A stretch of 64,000 nucleotides of DNA from an uncultured Oscillospiraceae bacterium (lineage in GTDB: Bacteria > Bacillota > Clostridia > Oscillospirales > Oscillospiraceae). Every line of letters begins with the position of its first letter. Positions within the stretch are counted from its first letter, which is position 1. Both the position numbers and the translations under genes were made by a program. Below the pieces are notes generated by a model. The model was not told the DNA's origin. It saw only the letters and a program-made list of their open reading frames with translations, and did no database searches. The stretch lies in NCBI GenBank assembly GCA_964450645.1, contig CAYVEB010000005.1, positions 178 through 64,177 of the forward strand, in the 5' to 3' direction. Of the stretch, positions 19,162 to 28,215 are shown piece after piece.

Positions 19162-19716
19162 TTACCCCACTGTGACATAATCGCGCAGCTTCTCCAGCGT
19201 CTTTTCACCGATTCCATTCACGTCGGTGAGCTGCTCCACTGAAACGAACGCCCCATTTTCCTCGCGGTAGTCCACAATTCGCTGCGCCTTGACTTCTCCG
19301 ATGCCGGGAAGCGCGGTCAACTCCGCGGCGGTCGCCGTGTTGATATTGATCTTTCCCGGTTCGTCCGCGTCTGGCGGCGCGGCCGTTGGGCCGGCGGGAG
19401 CGCTCGGATCGAAAGTCTCCTGCGGTTGAGTTTGCGCGGTCGGATCGGCAGTCTCCTGCGGCTGAGTTTGCGCGCTCGTCCCCGTGTCCGCCGGCGGTTG
19501 GGTTCGCGCGCTTGACGCCGAAGTTGCCCGCGATTCGCTTTCCAGGCCCGACTGCACGGCAAGTGAGGAACTCGTCTGCGCCGCCGTCTCCGGCTGCTCC
19601 TGCGTTTGGACATGCAGCGTGTTCTCCTCCGTCCGGCTGGAGCCAAGCACATATCCTGATAAAAACATGGCGAACAGCGCGGTCAGGGCGCAAAGCAACC
19701 ATGTAAAACGTTTCAT
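19162..19716 (-). CDS. comEA: ComEA-family helix-hairpin-helix DNA-binding protein
   Basis: Signal-anchor MKRFTWLLCALTALFAMF, a low-complexity T/Q/P linker and a C-terminal HhH pair ININTATAAELTALPGIGEVKAQRIVDYRE. An upstream ATG at 19785 is an alternative start. Confidence 0.85.
   Translation of the reverse strand: MKRFTWLLCALTALFAMFLSGYVLGSSRTEENTLHVQTQEQPETAAQTSSSLAVQSGLESESRATSASSARTQPPADTGTSAQTQPQETADPTAQTQPQETFDPSAPAGPTAAPPDADEPGKININTATAAELTALPGIGEVKAQRIVDYREENGAFVSVEQLTDVNGIGEKTLEKLRDYVTVG
19405..19476 (-). repeat. 36-nt tandem duplication inside the comEA linker
   Basis: CGGATCGAAAGTCTCCTGCGGTTGAGTTTGCGCGGT is followed by CGGATCGGCAGTCTCCTGCGGCTGAGTTTGCGCGCT. These encode AQTQPQET.DP. 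repeats. Confidence 0.8.
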
Positions 19717-19863
19717 ATTTTTCAACGGCGATCCCCTCTTTCTCTCGGATTTTTGCCGTTCACTTTTCGTTCTGTACGTTGACATCAGGGAAAACTCTGG
19801 TATAATAATTATAGCACATTTCCGGCTGTTTGTATAATGTTTTTTCAACTTTCGGAGGCGTTT

Positions 19864-21324
19864 ATGAAAGAATTCAAGCTTTTATCGCTTTTTATAACGT
19901 TCATCTGGCTGCTGCAAATCCCATTCGTGGCGTTTGCCGAGGGCGAACCGACCGAGTCATCCGTCCCCACCGAGACACTCGCCGCCACGCAGGCGCCGCC
20001 GTCCGATCTTGCCCCTGGCTCCCAGGCTCTGCCGGAACCGAAAGAGGTTCCCTATCCCTCCGACTACCATCCTGCGGCGAAGGCCGCCATTCTAATTGAG
20101 TTGAATTCCAACACCATCGTCTATTCCTTGAACCCGGATATACAGGTCTATCCCGCCAGCCTGACCAAAATCATGACTTGTATTCTGGCCCTGGAATATG
20201 GCCGTCTGGACGATCTGGTGACGGTGACGGATACCTCGCTGCTGGGCCTGGATATTTACGGCAGCACGGCCGAATTGCAGGCTGGCGAGCAGATGACGCT
20301 GAGGAACCTTCTGTATTGTATGATGCTCTCCTCCGCCAACGAGGCCTGTAATGTCGTGGCGGAGTACATCTGCGACAATGTGGACAGCTTTGTGGATCTG
20401 ATGAACCAAAAAGCCGCCGCCTTGGGCTGTACCGGCACCCACTTTACCAATACGCACGGCCTTCACGACGAGAACCACTACACGACTGTCCGGGATGTGA
20501 GCATCATCGCGCGGTACGCCTGGCAAAATCCCGATTTTCAGGAAATTACGTCCACGGTCTCCTATACGGTTCCCGCGACGAACCTCTCTGAGGCGCGGGA
20601 TCTGACCTCCACCAACTATTTGATCAATCCCGACTATGCCGAGCAGTATTACTACAGCAAGGCCGCCGGCATCAAAACCGGCTTTACCACTCCTGCCGGC
20701 GGCTGCCTGGTCTCAACCGCGAAAGACGGACAGCTGGAATTTCTCAGCGTAGTTTGCGGCTGCGATACCGTCGAGCAGGAAGACGGAAGCTATCTGGATG
20801 AGCGGTTCACCACCACAAAGGACATGTTTGAGTACGGATTTGAGAATTTCGCCTACGTGCAGGTGGTCTCCACGCTGGAAATGATCGATTCCGTACCGGT
20901 CGCGCTGTCCGCGGGCAGGGACTCTGTGGTCGTCCATCCGGCTGAGGACTTTTACGCCCTCCTTCCCTCTCCCTACGACACCGAAGCCGTCACCACCTCC
21001 TATACCCTCAGCGGCGGGAGTGATACGCTCGAAGCGCCGCTGGAAGCCGAGCAGGTGGTCGGCACTGTCCATGTATATTACAACGGCGAGGAATTGGGCG
21101 CCGTGGACCTGGCTACGACAACCGCCCTTGCCCGCTCCACCATGGCCTATACCACGCGCCAAACCAAGAGCTTTCTGTTAAGATACTGGTGGGGTGCGCT
21201 GCTGATTCTCCTGGTGCTGCTGGGCCTGTTGATCTTTTGGGCTTCCAGGAGGCGCAAGCGCCGCATCCGCAAACGCCGCTCCATGCGCAGCCGGAAACCC
21301 GGTCAAAGGAGGAACACCCCATGA
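19864..21324 (+). CDS. D-alanyl-D-alanine carboxypeptidase (S11, PBP5-like) with C-terminal TM anchor and basic tail
   Basis: SxxK motif PASLTKIMT, a signal peptide and SD GGAGG upstream of the ATG at 19864. Confidence 0.9.
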   Translation: MKEFKLLSLFITFIWLLQIPFVAFAEGEPTESSVPTETLAATQAPPSDLAPGSQALPEPKEVPYPSDYHPAAKAAILIELNSNTIVYSLNPDIQVYPASLTKIMTCILALEYGRLDDLVTVTDTSLLGLDIYGSTAELQAGEQMTLRNLLYCMMLSSANEACNVVAEYICDNVDSFVDLMNQKAAALGCTGTHFTNTHGLHDENHYTTVRDVSIIARYAWQNPDFQEITSTVSYTVPATNLSEARDLTSTNYLINPDYAEQYYYSKAAGIKTGFTTPAGGCLVSTAKDGQLEFLSVVCGCDTVEQEDGSYLDERFTTTKDMFEYGFENFAYVQVVSTLEMIDSVPVALSAGRDSVVVHPAEDFYALLPSPYDTEAVTTSYTLSGGSDTLEAPLEAEQVVGTVHVYYNGEELGAVDLATTTALARSTMAYTTRQTKSFLLRYWWGALLILLVLLGLLIFWASRRRKRRIRKRRSMRSRKPGQRRNTP

Positions 21325-21881
21325 CAACATGGCAGGATTTGGAGCGCCGCTGTCTCAGCTGCCGGGAATGTGGGCTGTGCGACACGCGAAACCACGTGGT
21401 TTTCGGCGTGGGCAACCGGCAGGCGGACGTCCTGTTTGTGGGCGAAGGCCCCGGCCAGCAGGAGGATTTGACCGGCATCCCGTTTGTGGGCGCGGCGGGT
21501 CAGCTGCTCGATGAAATGCTGCGGATTATCGACCTGCACCGGGGCAATTGCTATATTGCTAATATCGTCAAATGCCGTCCGCCGAGGAACCGCGATCCTC
21601 TTGAAATTGAACAGGCGGCCTGCATCGGCTATCTGTGGGAGCAGATCGCGCTCATTCAACCGAAGATCATCGTCTGCCTCGGCAGAATCTCGGCCGGGCG
21701 ACTCATTCATCCGGATTTTCGGATCACGCGCGAACACGGCCAGTGGATCCAGCGCGATGGTGTCTGGTACACCGCGATGTATCATCCGTCGGCACTGCTC
21801 CGGGATGTGAGCAAGCGCCCGGACACATTTTCGGATCTGTTGCGCCTGCGCGCTAAGATCGGGGAGGTTTGCCATGCTTAA
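21321..21881 (+). CDS. Uracil-DNA glycosylase, family 4
   Basis: CLSCRECGLC Fe-S cysteines and the GEGPGQQED motif. ATGA overlap with the upstream stop. Confidence 0.9.
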   Translation: MTTWQDLERRCLSCRECGLCDTRNHVVFGVGNRQADVLFVGEGPGQQEDLTGIPFVGAAGQLLDEMLRIIDLHRGNCYIANIVKCRPPRNRDPLEIEQAACIGYLWEQIALIQPKIIVCLGRISAGRLIHPDFRITREHGQWIQRDGVWYTAMYHPSALLRDVSKRPDTFSDLLRLRAKIGEVCHA

Positions 21882-22650
21882 CTTGATTTCTTGGAACGTC
21901 AACGGGCTGCGTGCCTGCGTGCAAAAGGGTTTCCTGGACGTCTTCCGTCTGCTGCACGCGGATATGTTCTGCATTCAGGAGACAAAAATGCAGCCGGGTC
22001 AACTGACGTTGGAGCTGCCCGGCTATCTGCAATATTTTTACTCGGCGGAAAAGAAGGGATACTCCGGCACGGCGATTTTCACCAAATACGAGCCGCAGTC
22101 CGTACGGTACGGGATCGGCGTGGAAGCACTGGATACCGAAGGGCGCGTAATCTGCCTGGAATACCCGGCGTTTTTTCTGGTCACGTGCTACACGCCCAAC
22201 GCGCAGGATGGGCTTAAGCGCATCGACCACCGCCTGGCCTGGGAACGCGCCTTCCGCGAATACCTGATGGAGCTGGACCGGCAGAAGCCGGTGGTTCTTT
22301 GCGGGGATCTGAACGTCGCCCACCAGGAGATTGATCTTAAAAACCCCGGGCCAAACCGCGGCAACGCAGGATTTTCGGACGAGGAGCGCGGAGCCTTTAC
22401 CCAGCTGCTCTCGTGCGGGTTTACCGATACCTTCCGCTACCGCCATCCCGACATGGCCGGCGCGTATACCTGGTGGAGCTACCGCTTTCGCGCGCGGCAG
22501 AACAACGCGGGCTGGCGAATTGACTACTTTTTGGTTTCAGACCGGTTACGGCCGCGCATATTCTCCACACCCATTTATAACGAAGTGTTCGGTTCCGACC
22601 ACTGTCCGGTCGGCTTGGAACTGGACATGCCGCTTACGGAGCATTTCTAA
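21874..22650 (+). CDS. xth: Exodeoxyribonuclease III (AP endonuclease)
   Basis: ISWNVNGLRA N-terminus, the LCGDLNVAH motif and a C-terminal SDHCPV. Confidence 0.93.
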   Translation: MLNLISWNVNGLRACVQKGFLDVFRLLHADMFCIQETKMQPGQLTLELPGYLQYFYSAEKKGYSGTAIFTKYEPQSVRYGIGVEALDTEGRVICLEYPAFFLVTCYTPNAQDGLKRIDHRLAWERAFREYLMELDRQKPVVLCGDLNVAHQEIDLKNPGPNRGNAGFSDEERGAFTQLLSCGFTDTFRYRHPDMAGAYTWWSYRFRARQNNAGWRIDYFLVSDRLRPRIFSTPIYNEVFGSDHCPVGLELDMPLTEHF

Positions 22651-22724
22651 TAGCTCTACAGCCCGCAGCGTGTTAAAAAACCTCGCAAAGTTCACGCGCG
22701 CAGGCGCGAAAAAATCTAGATTTA

Positions 22725-22762
22725 TTTTTCGCGGCGGCATGTACGCCGCGAAAAATATTTTA
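22725..22762 (+). terminator. Intrinsic terminator after xth (12-bp stem, U-rich tail)
   Basis: TTTTTCGCGGCG gcatgta CGCCGCGAAAAA is followed by TATTTTA. An upstream CGCGAAAAAA (22705-22714) can alternatively pair with the 5' arm. Confidence 0.65.
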
Positions 22763-22904
22763 CGCCTTGCAAACGTGTGCGTTGGCCGTCTTTGACGGCC
22801 AACGTCGTAAGCAGCAGCAAGGCGCAAATTTTTAAATCGAAGCCCAACGTAGCGGGTTTGATTTGGGGTCTGTCGAAAAATTATGTTTTTCGACAAGCTG
22901 AACT

Positions 22905-23855
22905 CTATGGCGCGGGCAGAAACGTGATTTCCGCCTGCGCCATTTTGCTGCGGCTGCCGTTGAACTGATAGGCTGCGATGGCACGAATTACGCAGGCGCT
23001 CGACACGGTAAACGGCGCTTCATACACTTCACTCTGCGGCGTCGGGATGGAGCCGTCGGTCGTATAATAGACAGTCGCGCCCTCGTCGGCGTCGATGGCA
23101 ATCTGGATGCCGGTTCCGGCGGTCAGGGTGGAAATAACCGGGTCGGAAATTCCCGGCAGCTGCGTCCCCGTGGGGGGACAACTTGCATAGACCTTCCCCG
23201 CCCGCATCTCCACGCCGCGGCGGCGAAACAGCTCATTGACCGTGACAAATTCGTATCCCTCTTCCGTCAGGCGGTCGATGGCCATGAGCACGCCGTCTAC
23301 CGTGGTCGAATAGATGTCGTGGGACAAAACGACCGCGCCGTCGTAGGCGTCGCTGACGATTTTATTCGCCACACGTTGGGCGTCCTGATATTTCCAGTCC
23401 AGCGGATCCACAGACCAGCAAATCAGCGGACATTTCGCCAAGGACATCATATGCTCGCTGTACTCGCCAAAAGGCGGCCGGAACAGATATTCCGTCCCCT
23501 GGCCGCAGGCTTCATTTAAAATTTGTTCCGTCTTTTGGATTTGCTCCAGGATCTGGCTGTCAGTCCGACCGGTCAGCAAATTGTGACTGTAGGTGTGGTT
23601 CCCGATCTGGTGGCCGTCCAGATAAGCCTGGCGTAAGGTCTCCGGGTAGGATTCGGCGTTGCACCCCAGGATAAAAAAGGTGACCTTTACATTGCGTTTG
23701 TCCAGCTCCTCCAAAAGCCTTCGGGTGTACGGCCCGGGTCCGTCGTCAAAGGTCAGGGCAATCAGCTTGCTCTCTCCCTCCTCCGCCGCCGCACAAACCG
23801 GCAGACTCGTCACCAAACACCCAATCATGATCACAATCGCCAACCATCGCCGCAT
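22905..23855 (-). CDS. Polysaccharide deacetylase (NodB homology) with C-terminal Fn3/chitobiase-like domain
   Basis: Signal peptide and the LTFDDGPGPYT NodB motif 1. The C-terminal VYYTTDGSIPTPQSEVYEAPFTV is typical of chitobiase C-terminal-like domains. Confidence 0.85.
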   Translation of the reverse strand: MRRWLAIVIMIGCLVTSLPVCAAAEEGESKLIALTFDDGPGPYTRRLLEELDKRNVKVTFFILGCNAESYPETLRQAYLDGHQIGNHTYSHNLLTGRTDSQILEQIQKTEQILNEACGQGTEYLFRPPFGEYSEHMMSLAKCPLICWSVDPLDWKYQDAQRVANKIVSDAYDGAVVLSHDIYSTTVDGVLMAIDRLTEEGYEFVTVNELFRRRGVEMRAGKVYASCPPTGTQLPGISDPVISTLTAGTGIQIAIDADEGATVYYTTDGSIPTPQSEVYEAPFTVSSACVIRAIAAYQFNGSRSKMAQAEITFLPAP

Positions 23856-23877
23856 TTGCTGAACACCTCTTTAAATA

Positions 23878-24540
23878 TTATGTAAGCAAGCCCTCCTTCG
23901 GCTGCGGCAAATTCTCTTCCGGCAGCTCTTCTTCCGGAGACAATGCTTCAGGCTGTTCCGCTTGCACCGGCTCCATGGGCGGCCGCTCCGTCAGTTCTTT
24001 CCGTACCGTTTCAACCGGTTCGTCCTCCCGCTCGCTGAGCTTCAAAAACGGCTGGCCCGTGGAAATGAGTGCTCCCGCTTCGTCCAGCCGCAAGGCCAGG
24101 CACGCGACGTCGCCGCAGGTCGTTTTCCGCGCATCCTGCAAATTCGCGGGAAGCGGAAAATCTACCCCGTTGTCCGGCAGCAGCAATTCATATCCGCCGT
24201 CCGTTTTACGCAGCCATCCGTCCACGCACACGCCGTCGACCGTCCCCCGCCAGGGAAAAGCGCCCGCTTCGGGCGCGTATCCGCACACCGCCGCGTCGAT
24301 CGTATCCAGCGGCCAGCTTCGTACCGACACGCTTTCCTCCAGTTCAAAGCGCTCCCTTTGGGGCATCAAAATCCCAAGCGGCGCGATATGAAGGCCACGC
24401 ACCGCGTAGACGCGCAAAATGCGGTGCGAAGTCAGCTCACACGCACATGCAAAGTGATAGTACAGTCCCCGCCGCGTCACATGCAGTTGGCAGACCTGTT
24501 GGCCATTCTCATAGACGGGTACCGTCATCGGACACTCCAT
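23878..24540 (-). CDS. Hypothetical protein with strongly acidic, proline-rich C-terminal tail
   Basis: The ORF-track start at 24723 is a TTG directly abutting the mazF stop. The first ATG (24540, MECPMTVPVYENGQQ) follows a GGGAGGG SD. No family was recognised. The last 55 aa or so are E/P-rich. Confidence 0.55.
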   Translation of the reverse strand: MECPMTVPVYENGQQVCQLHVTRRGLYYHFACACELTSHRILRVYAVRGLHIAPLGILMPQRERFELEESVSVRSWPLDTIDAAVCGYAPEAGAFPWRGTVDGVCVDGWLRKTDGGYELLLPDNGVDFPLPANLQDARKTTCGDVACLALRLDEAGALISTGQPFLKLSEREDEPVETVRKELTERPPMEPVQAEQPEALSPEEELPEENLPQPKEGLLT

Positions 24541-24542
24541 AA

Positions 24543-24577
24543 AAATCCCTCCCGCATAGTATACGCGGGAGGGATTT
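24543..24577 (-). terminator. 13-bp perfect hairpin after mazF whose 3' arm contains the SD of the next ORF
   Basis: On the minus strand: AAATCCCTCCCGC gtatactat GCGGGAGGGATTT, then TT, then ATG (24540). Confidence 0.6.
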
Positions 24578-24723
24578 AAATTATTTCCGCAATTTCGTGC
24601 GCCGCGCGTCCATTGGAAATTTATCGGGCATTTCGTGCCATCTCCGGCGCAAAACGGGCAGCGATATTCAGGCGGCGCCGGGTCTGATAAAGGATCCAAA
24701 AATCCGACCGGCAAACGCTTCAA

Positions 24724-25083
24724 TTAGGTGGTGTGCAAGCCGAAGCTCACCGCAATCGCTGAATCCACCTGGTTCATCATAGCCTCGTCCAGCCTTCCCA
24801 TGTGCTCGCGCAAGCGTTTTTTATCAATCGTACGTATCTGTTCCAAAAGAACAACAGAATCTTTTGTCAGTCCAACGTCATGGCCGGTCAGCTCAATATG
24901 CGTCGGCAGTCTTGCCTTGCCAGTCTGGCTGGTAATCGCTGCTGCGATCACTGTGGGCGAATGGCGGTTGCCCATATCGTTCTGGACGATGAGAACAGGC
25001 CGGGTGCCTCCCTGCTCGCTGCCGACGACCGGACTGAGATCGGCATAGAAAATATCGCCCCGTTTTACAGTTTCATCCATCAT
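24724..25083 (-). CDS. mazF: Type II toxin MazF/EndoA (PemK family endoribonuclease)
   Basis: 119 aa and near-colinear with B. subtilis EndoA as I remember it: KRGDIFYADLSPVVGSEQGGTRPVLIVQND...AAITSQ...LPTHIEL...DSVVLLEQIRTIDKKRL. Confidence 0.93.
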   Translation of the reverse strand: MMDETVKRGDIFYADLSPVVGSEQGGTRPVLIVQNDMGNRHSPTVIAAAITSQTGKARLPTHIELTGHDVGLTKDSVVLLEQIRTIDKKRLREHMGRLDEAMMNQVDSAIAVSFGLHTT

Positions 25084-25224
25084 GGTGTCACTCTCCGCGA
25101 AAAATCATTCACCGTCCAACTGACGATGTAACCTTATTTTCCCACGCAGAATTGTTTTTTATACTAACCGTAAACGAATTTCACGAAGGCTCCCGATTCA
25201 TTCTATGCTTGTCAGACAAAATCG

Positions 25225-26394
<1,170 letters not shown>

Positions 26395-26408
26395 GGTTTA
26401 ATTCCTTT

Positions 26409-26966
26409 TCAATTCATATGGAAATCAAGCAGCTCCAGCTGCAAAACACAGCGCTCCTGATCGCTGATCTCTACGTAAATTGGGACATCCTTGGAAAACC
26501 ATGTGTCGACAAGTATCTGCTCGTCTTCATAGCCGCGTTCATAGTGTACACGGTAGTTGCCATCCTCCTCGCCCGCGGAAGCGATATAACCCGTTTCCCA
26601 GCAGTCCACCGCCACCGCCGGCGCGGCCAGAGGCACCAGATTCCCATCTGCCAGCAGGCCAAAATCCAACGACATCCCGTCAAACGTAATCGCGCCGGTA
26701 TCGTTCGCCACCTGCGCGGTAATGCCGCTGATGGAGTCCGGCTGTGTGACTGTGATCTGAGTTGCGTCGCCGCTGCAGCGGCTGTCCATGGAAAACTCGT
26801 ATATCCGGTCGCCATAATCCGCCGTCACTTTGGCCGAAAAGCTGCACTCCGAAGCGTTCAGCAGCGCCGCACGGAAGTCCAACGCCGGCTGCAAGTTCCC
26901 CTCCGCTTGTCCCCCACAGCTGCAAAGCAGCAAAATCATAGCCACTGAAATTCCAATTTTGCGCAA
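26409..26966 (-). CDS. Lipoprotein, YdcC/LolA-like by position
   Basis: A TTG at 26966 with SD AGGAG 9 nt upstream gives (M)RKIGISVAMILLLCSCGG, a signal peptide plus lipobox. It sits immediately upstream of alr, like B. subtilis ydcC. The fold assignment is inferred. Confidence 0.6.
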   Translation of the reverse strand: MRKIGISVAMILLLCSCGGQAEGNLQPALDFRAALLNASECSFSAKVTADYGDRIYEFSMDSRCSGDATQITVTQPDSISGITAQVANDTGAITFDGMSLDFGLLADGNLVPLAAPAVAVDCWETGYIASAGEEDGNYRVHYERGYEDEQILVDTWFSKDVPIYVEISDQERCVLQLELLDFHMN

Positions 26967-26994
26967 GCTGTTCCACTCCTGTCGCGAAAGGCGC

Positions 26995-27849
26995 TCAGCA
27001 CTTCCGCAGTATTTGCGCAACAGCCTGTACCATATCCGACGGCGTCATGCCGTACTCCCCGATGGTCTCGGCGCACAAGTCCCCCGCCAGGCCGTGGATC
27101 AGCGCACCAGCCGCCGCGGCCTGGAAAGGCGGCAGTCCCTGTCCAAGCAGAGAGCCAATCAGACCGCTCAGCACATCACCGCTGCCGCCCGTGGCCATTC
27201 CAGGGTTCCCGGCGCGGTTGACACAAAATTGCGCGCCGTCCGTAATCACCGTTCGGTGGCCCTTTCGCAGCACAATCGCGCCCGTCCGCCGGGCAAGCTC
27301 CGCGGAGGCTTGTATGCGGTCCGTATCCGTCCGGCCGCCGAGCCTGGCAAACTCTCCGTCATGGGGCGTAAGAATCACAGGACAGGCTGTTTCCCGCAAT
27401 ACATCTATATGCCCGGCCAGGACATTTATACCGTCGGCGTCAATTACCATCGGAATTTTTGCCTGCCGCAGCAGCGCACACATGAGGCGCTCGGTGCCTT
27501 GGCCGGTTCCCATGCCCGGCCCCACCACGCACGCGTCGCAGCGTTCGAGCAGCGGGCGCAGTTCCTCCAGCGCTTCTTCCGTCAGCCGCTTCCCGTCGCA
27601 CGGAAGCGGAAACGGCATCGGCTCTGTCAAGCCCGCCGCGACGATGGGATACACCGCCTCCGGCACCCCCACGTAAATTAGTCCGCTTCCGCAGCGCAGC
27701 GCCGCGTTCGCCGCCAGCTTCGGCGCGCCGGTAAAGCCTACGCTGCCGCCGATGATCAGCACCCGGCCGAAATTCCCCTTATGGGCAAACCGGTCGCGGC
27801 GCGGCAGCAGCCCGCTGAGCGCCTTTTGATTTAAAAAAACCTCTGTCAT
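26995..27849 (-). CDS. nnrD: ADP-dependent NAD(P)H-hydrate dehydratase (YjeF C-terminal type)
   Basis: HKGNFGRVLIIGGS...GAP and the GGSGDVLSG motif. Confidence 0.9.
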   Translation of the reverse strand: MTEVFLNQKALSGLLPRRDRFAHKGNFGRVLIIGGSVGFTGAPKLAANAALRCGSGLIYVGVPEAVYPIVAAGLTEPMPFPLPCDGKRLTEEALEELRPLLERCDACVVGPGMGTGQGTERLMCALLRQAKIPMVIDADGINVLAGHIDVLRETACPVILTPHDGEFARLGGRTDTDRIQASAELARRTGAIVLRKGHRTVITDGAQFCVNRAGNPGMATGGSGDVLSGLIGSLLGQGLPPFQAAAAGALIHGLAGDLCAETIGEYGMTPSDMVQAVAQILRKC

Positions 27850-28073
27850 CCTATACTCCTATCGAACTTGTAACCCCGCCATTGCGGATTGAAACGTTGT
27901 ATACTTCTTGAAATTTTTGGCAAAATATTTACATTGTGTCAAAACGTCGGCGCCTATGCGTCCAGCGTTAAAATAAATTATAGCATATCCAAAACCTTGA
28001 TACAAGATGCTTTTTACGGATTCAAACAGGCGAAATTAATAAAAAACGCCGCTTTTAAGCCCCGCTTTTTGTG

Positions 28074-28102
28074 TTGACTTTTGTCAAAGCAAGCGATATA
28101 AT
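28074..28102 (+). promoter_or_regulatory. Near-consensus sigma-A promoter for the ltaS-like gene
   Basis: TTGACT (28074-28079), a 17-nt spacer and TATAAT (28097-28102). The -35 lies inside the palindrome TTGACttttGTCAA. Confidence 0.65.
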
Positions 28103-28110
28103 AACGAAAG

Positions 28111-28181
28111 ATTTATGGGTATTTATGGGTTTTCGTAAAAATACCAGTTAGCACGGGGGAACTATACACGGGGGAACTATA
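28111..28181 (+). repeat. Two perfect tandem duplications in the 5' leader
   Basis: ATTTATGGGT occurs twice (28111-28130). CACGGGGGAACTATA occurs twice (28152-28181). Confidence 0.9.
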
Positions 28182-28215
28182 AATGAACAACTCTTTTGAA
28201 AGGTGAAAAAAAGAC

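Noticed and set aside
22871-22895. Inverted pair of perfect Spo0A 0A boxes (TGTCGAA ... TTCGACA)
   Set aside because: The pair lies between two convergent 3' ends, not in a promoter. The simplest reading is an AT-rich terminator or REP-like hairpin. It is mentioned inside the spacer finding only.
25084-25224. Search for a MazE/EndoAI antitoxin ORF or remnant in the alr-mazF spacer
   Set aside because: I translated all three minus-strand frames. The longest stretches are about 6-16 codons (for example MNREPS*, and IVSWTVNDFSRRVTP* with no start codon). None resembles RHH or AbrB folds. The absence is reported as a finding, not as a feature.
28111-28181. Tandem repeats as a possible CRISPR or minisatellite
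   Set aside because: There are only two copies each of a 10-mer and a 15-mer, with no spacers. They lie inside a promoter-proximal leader. They are treated as leader repeats instead.
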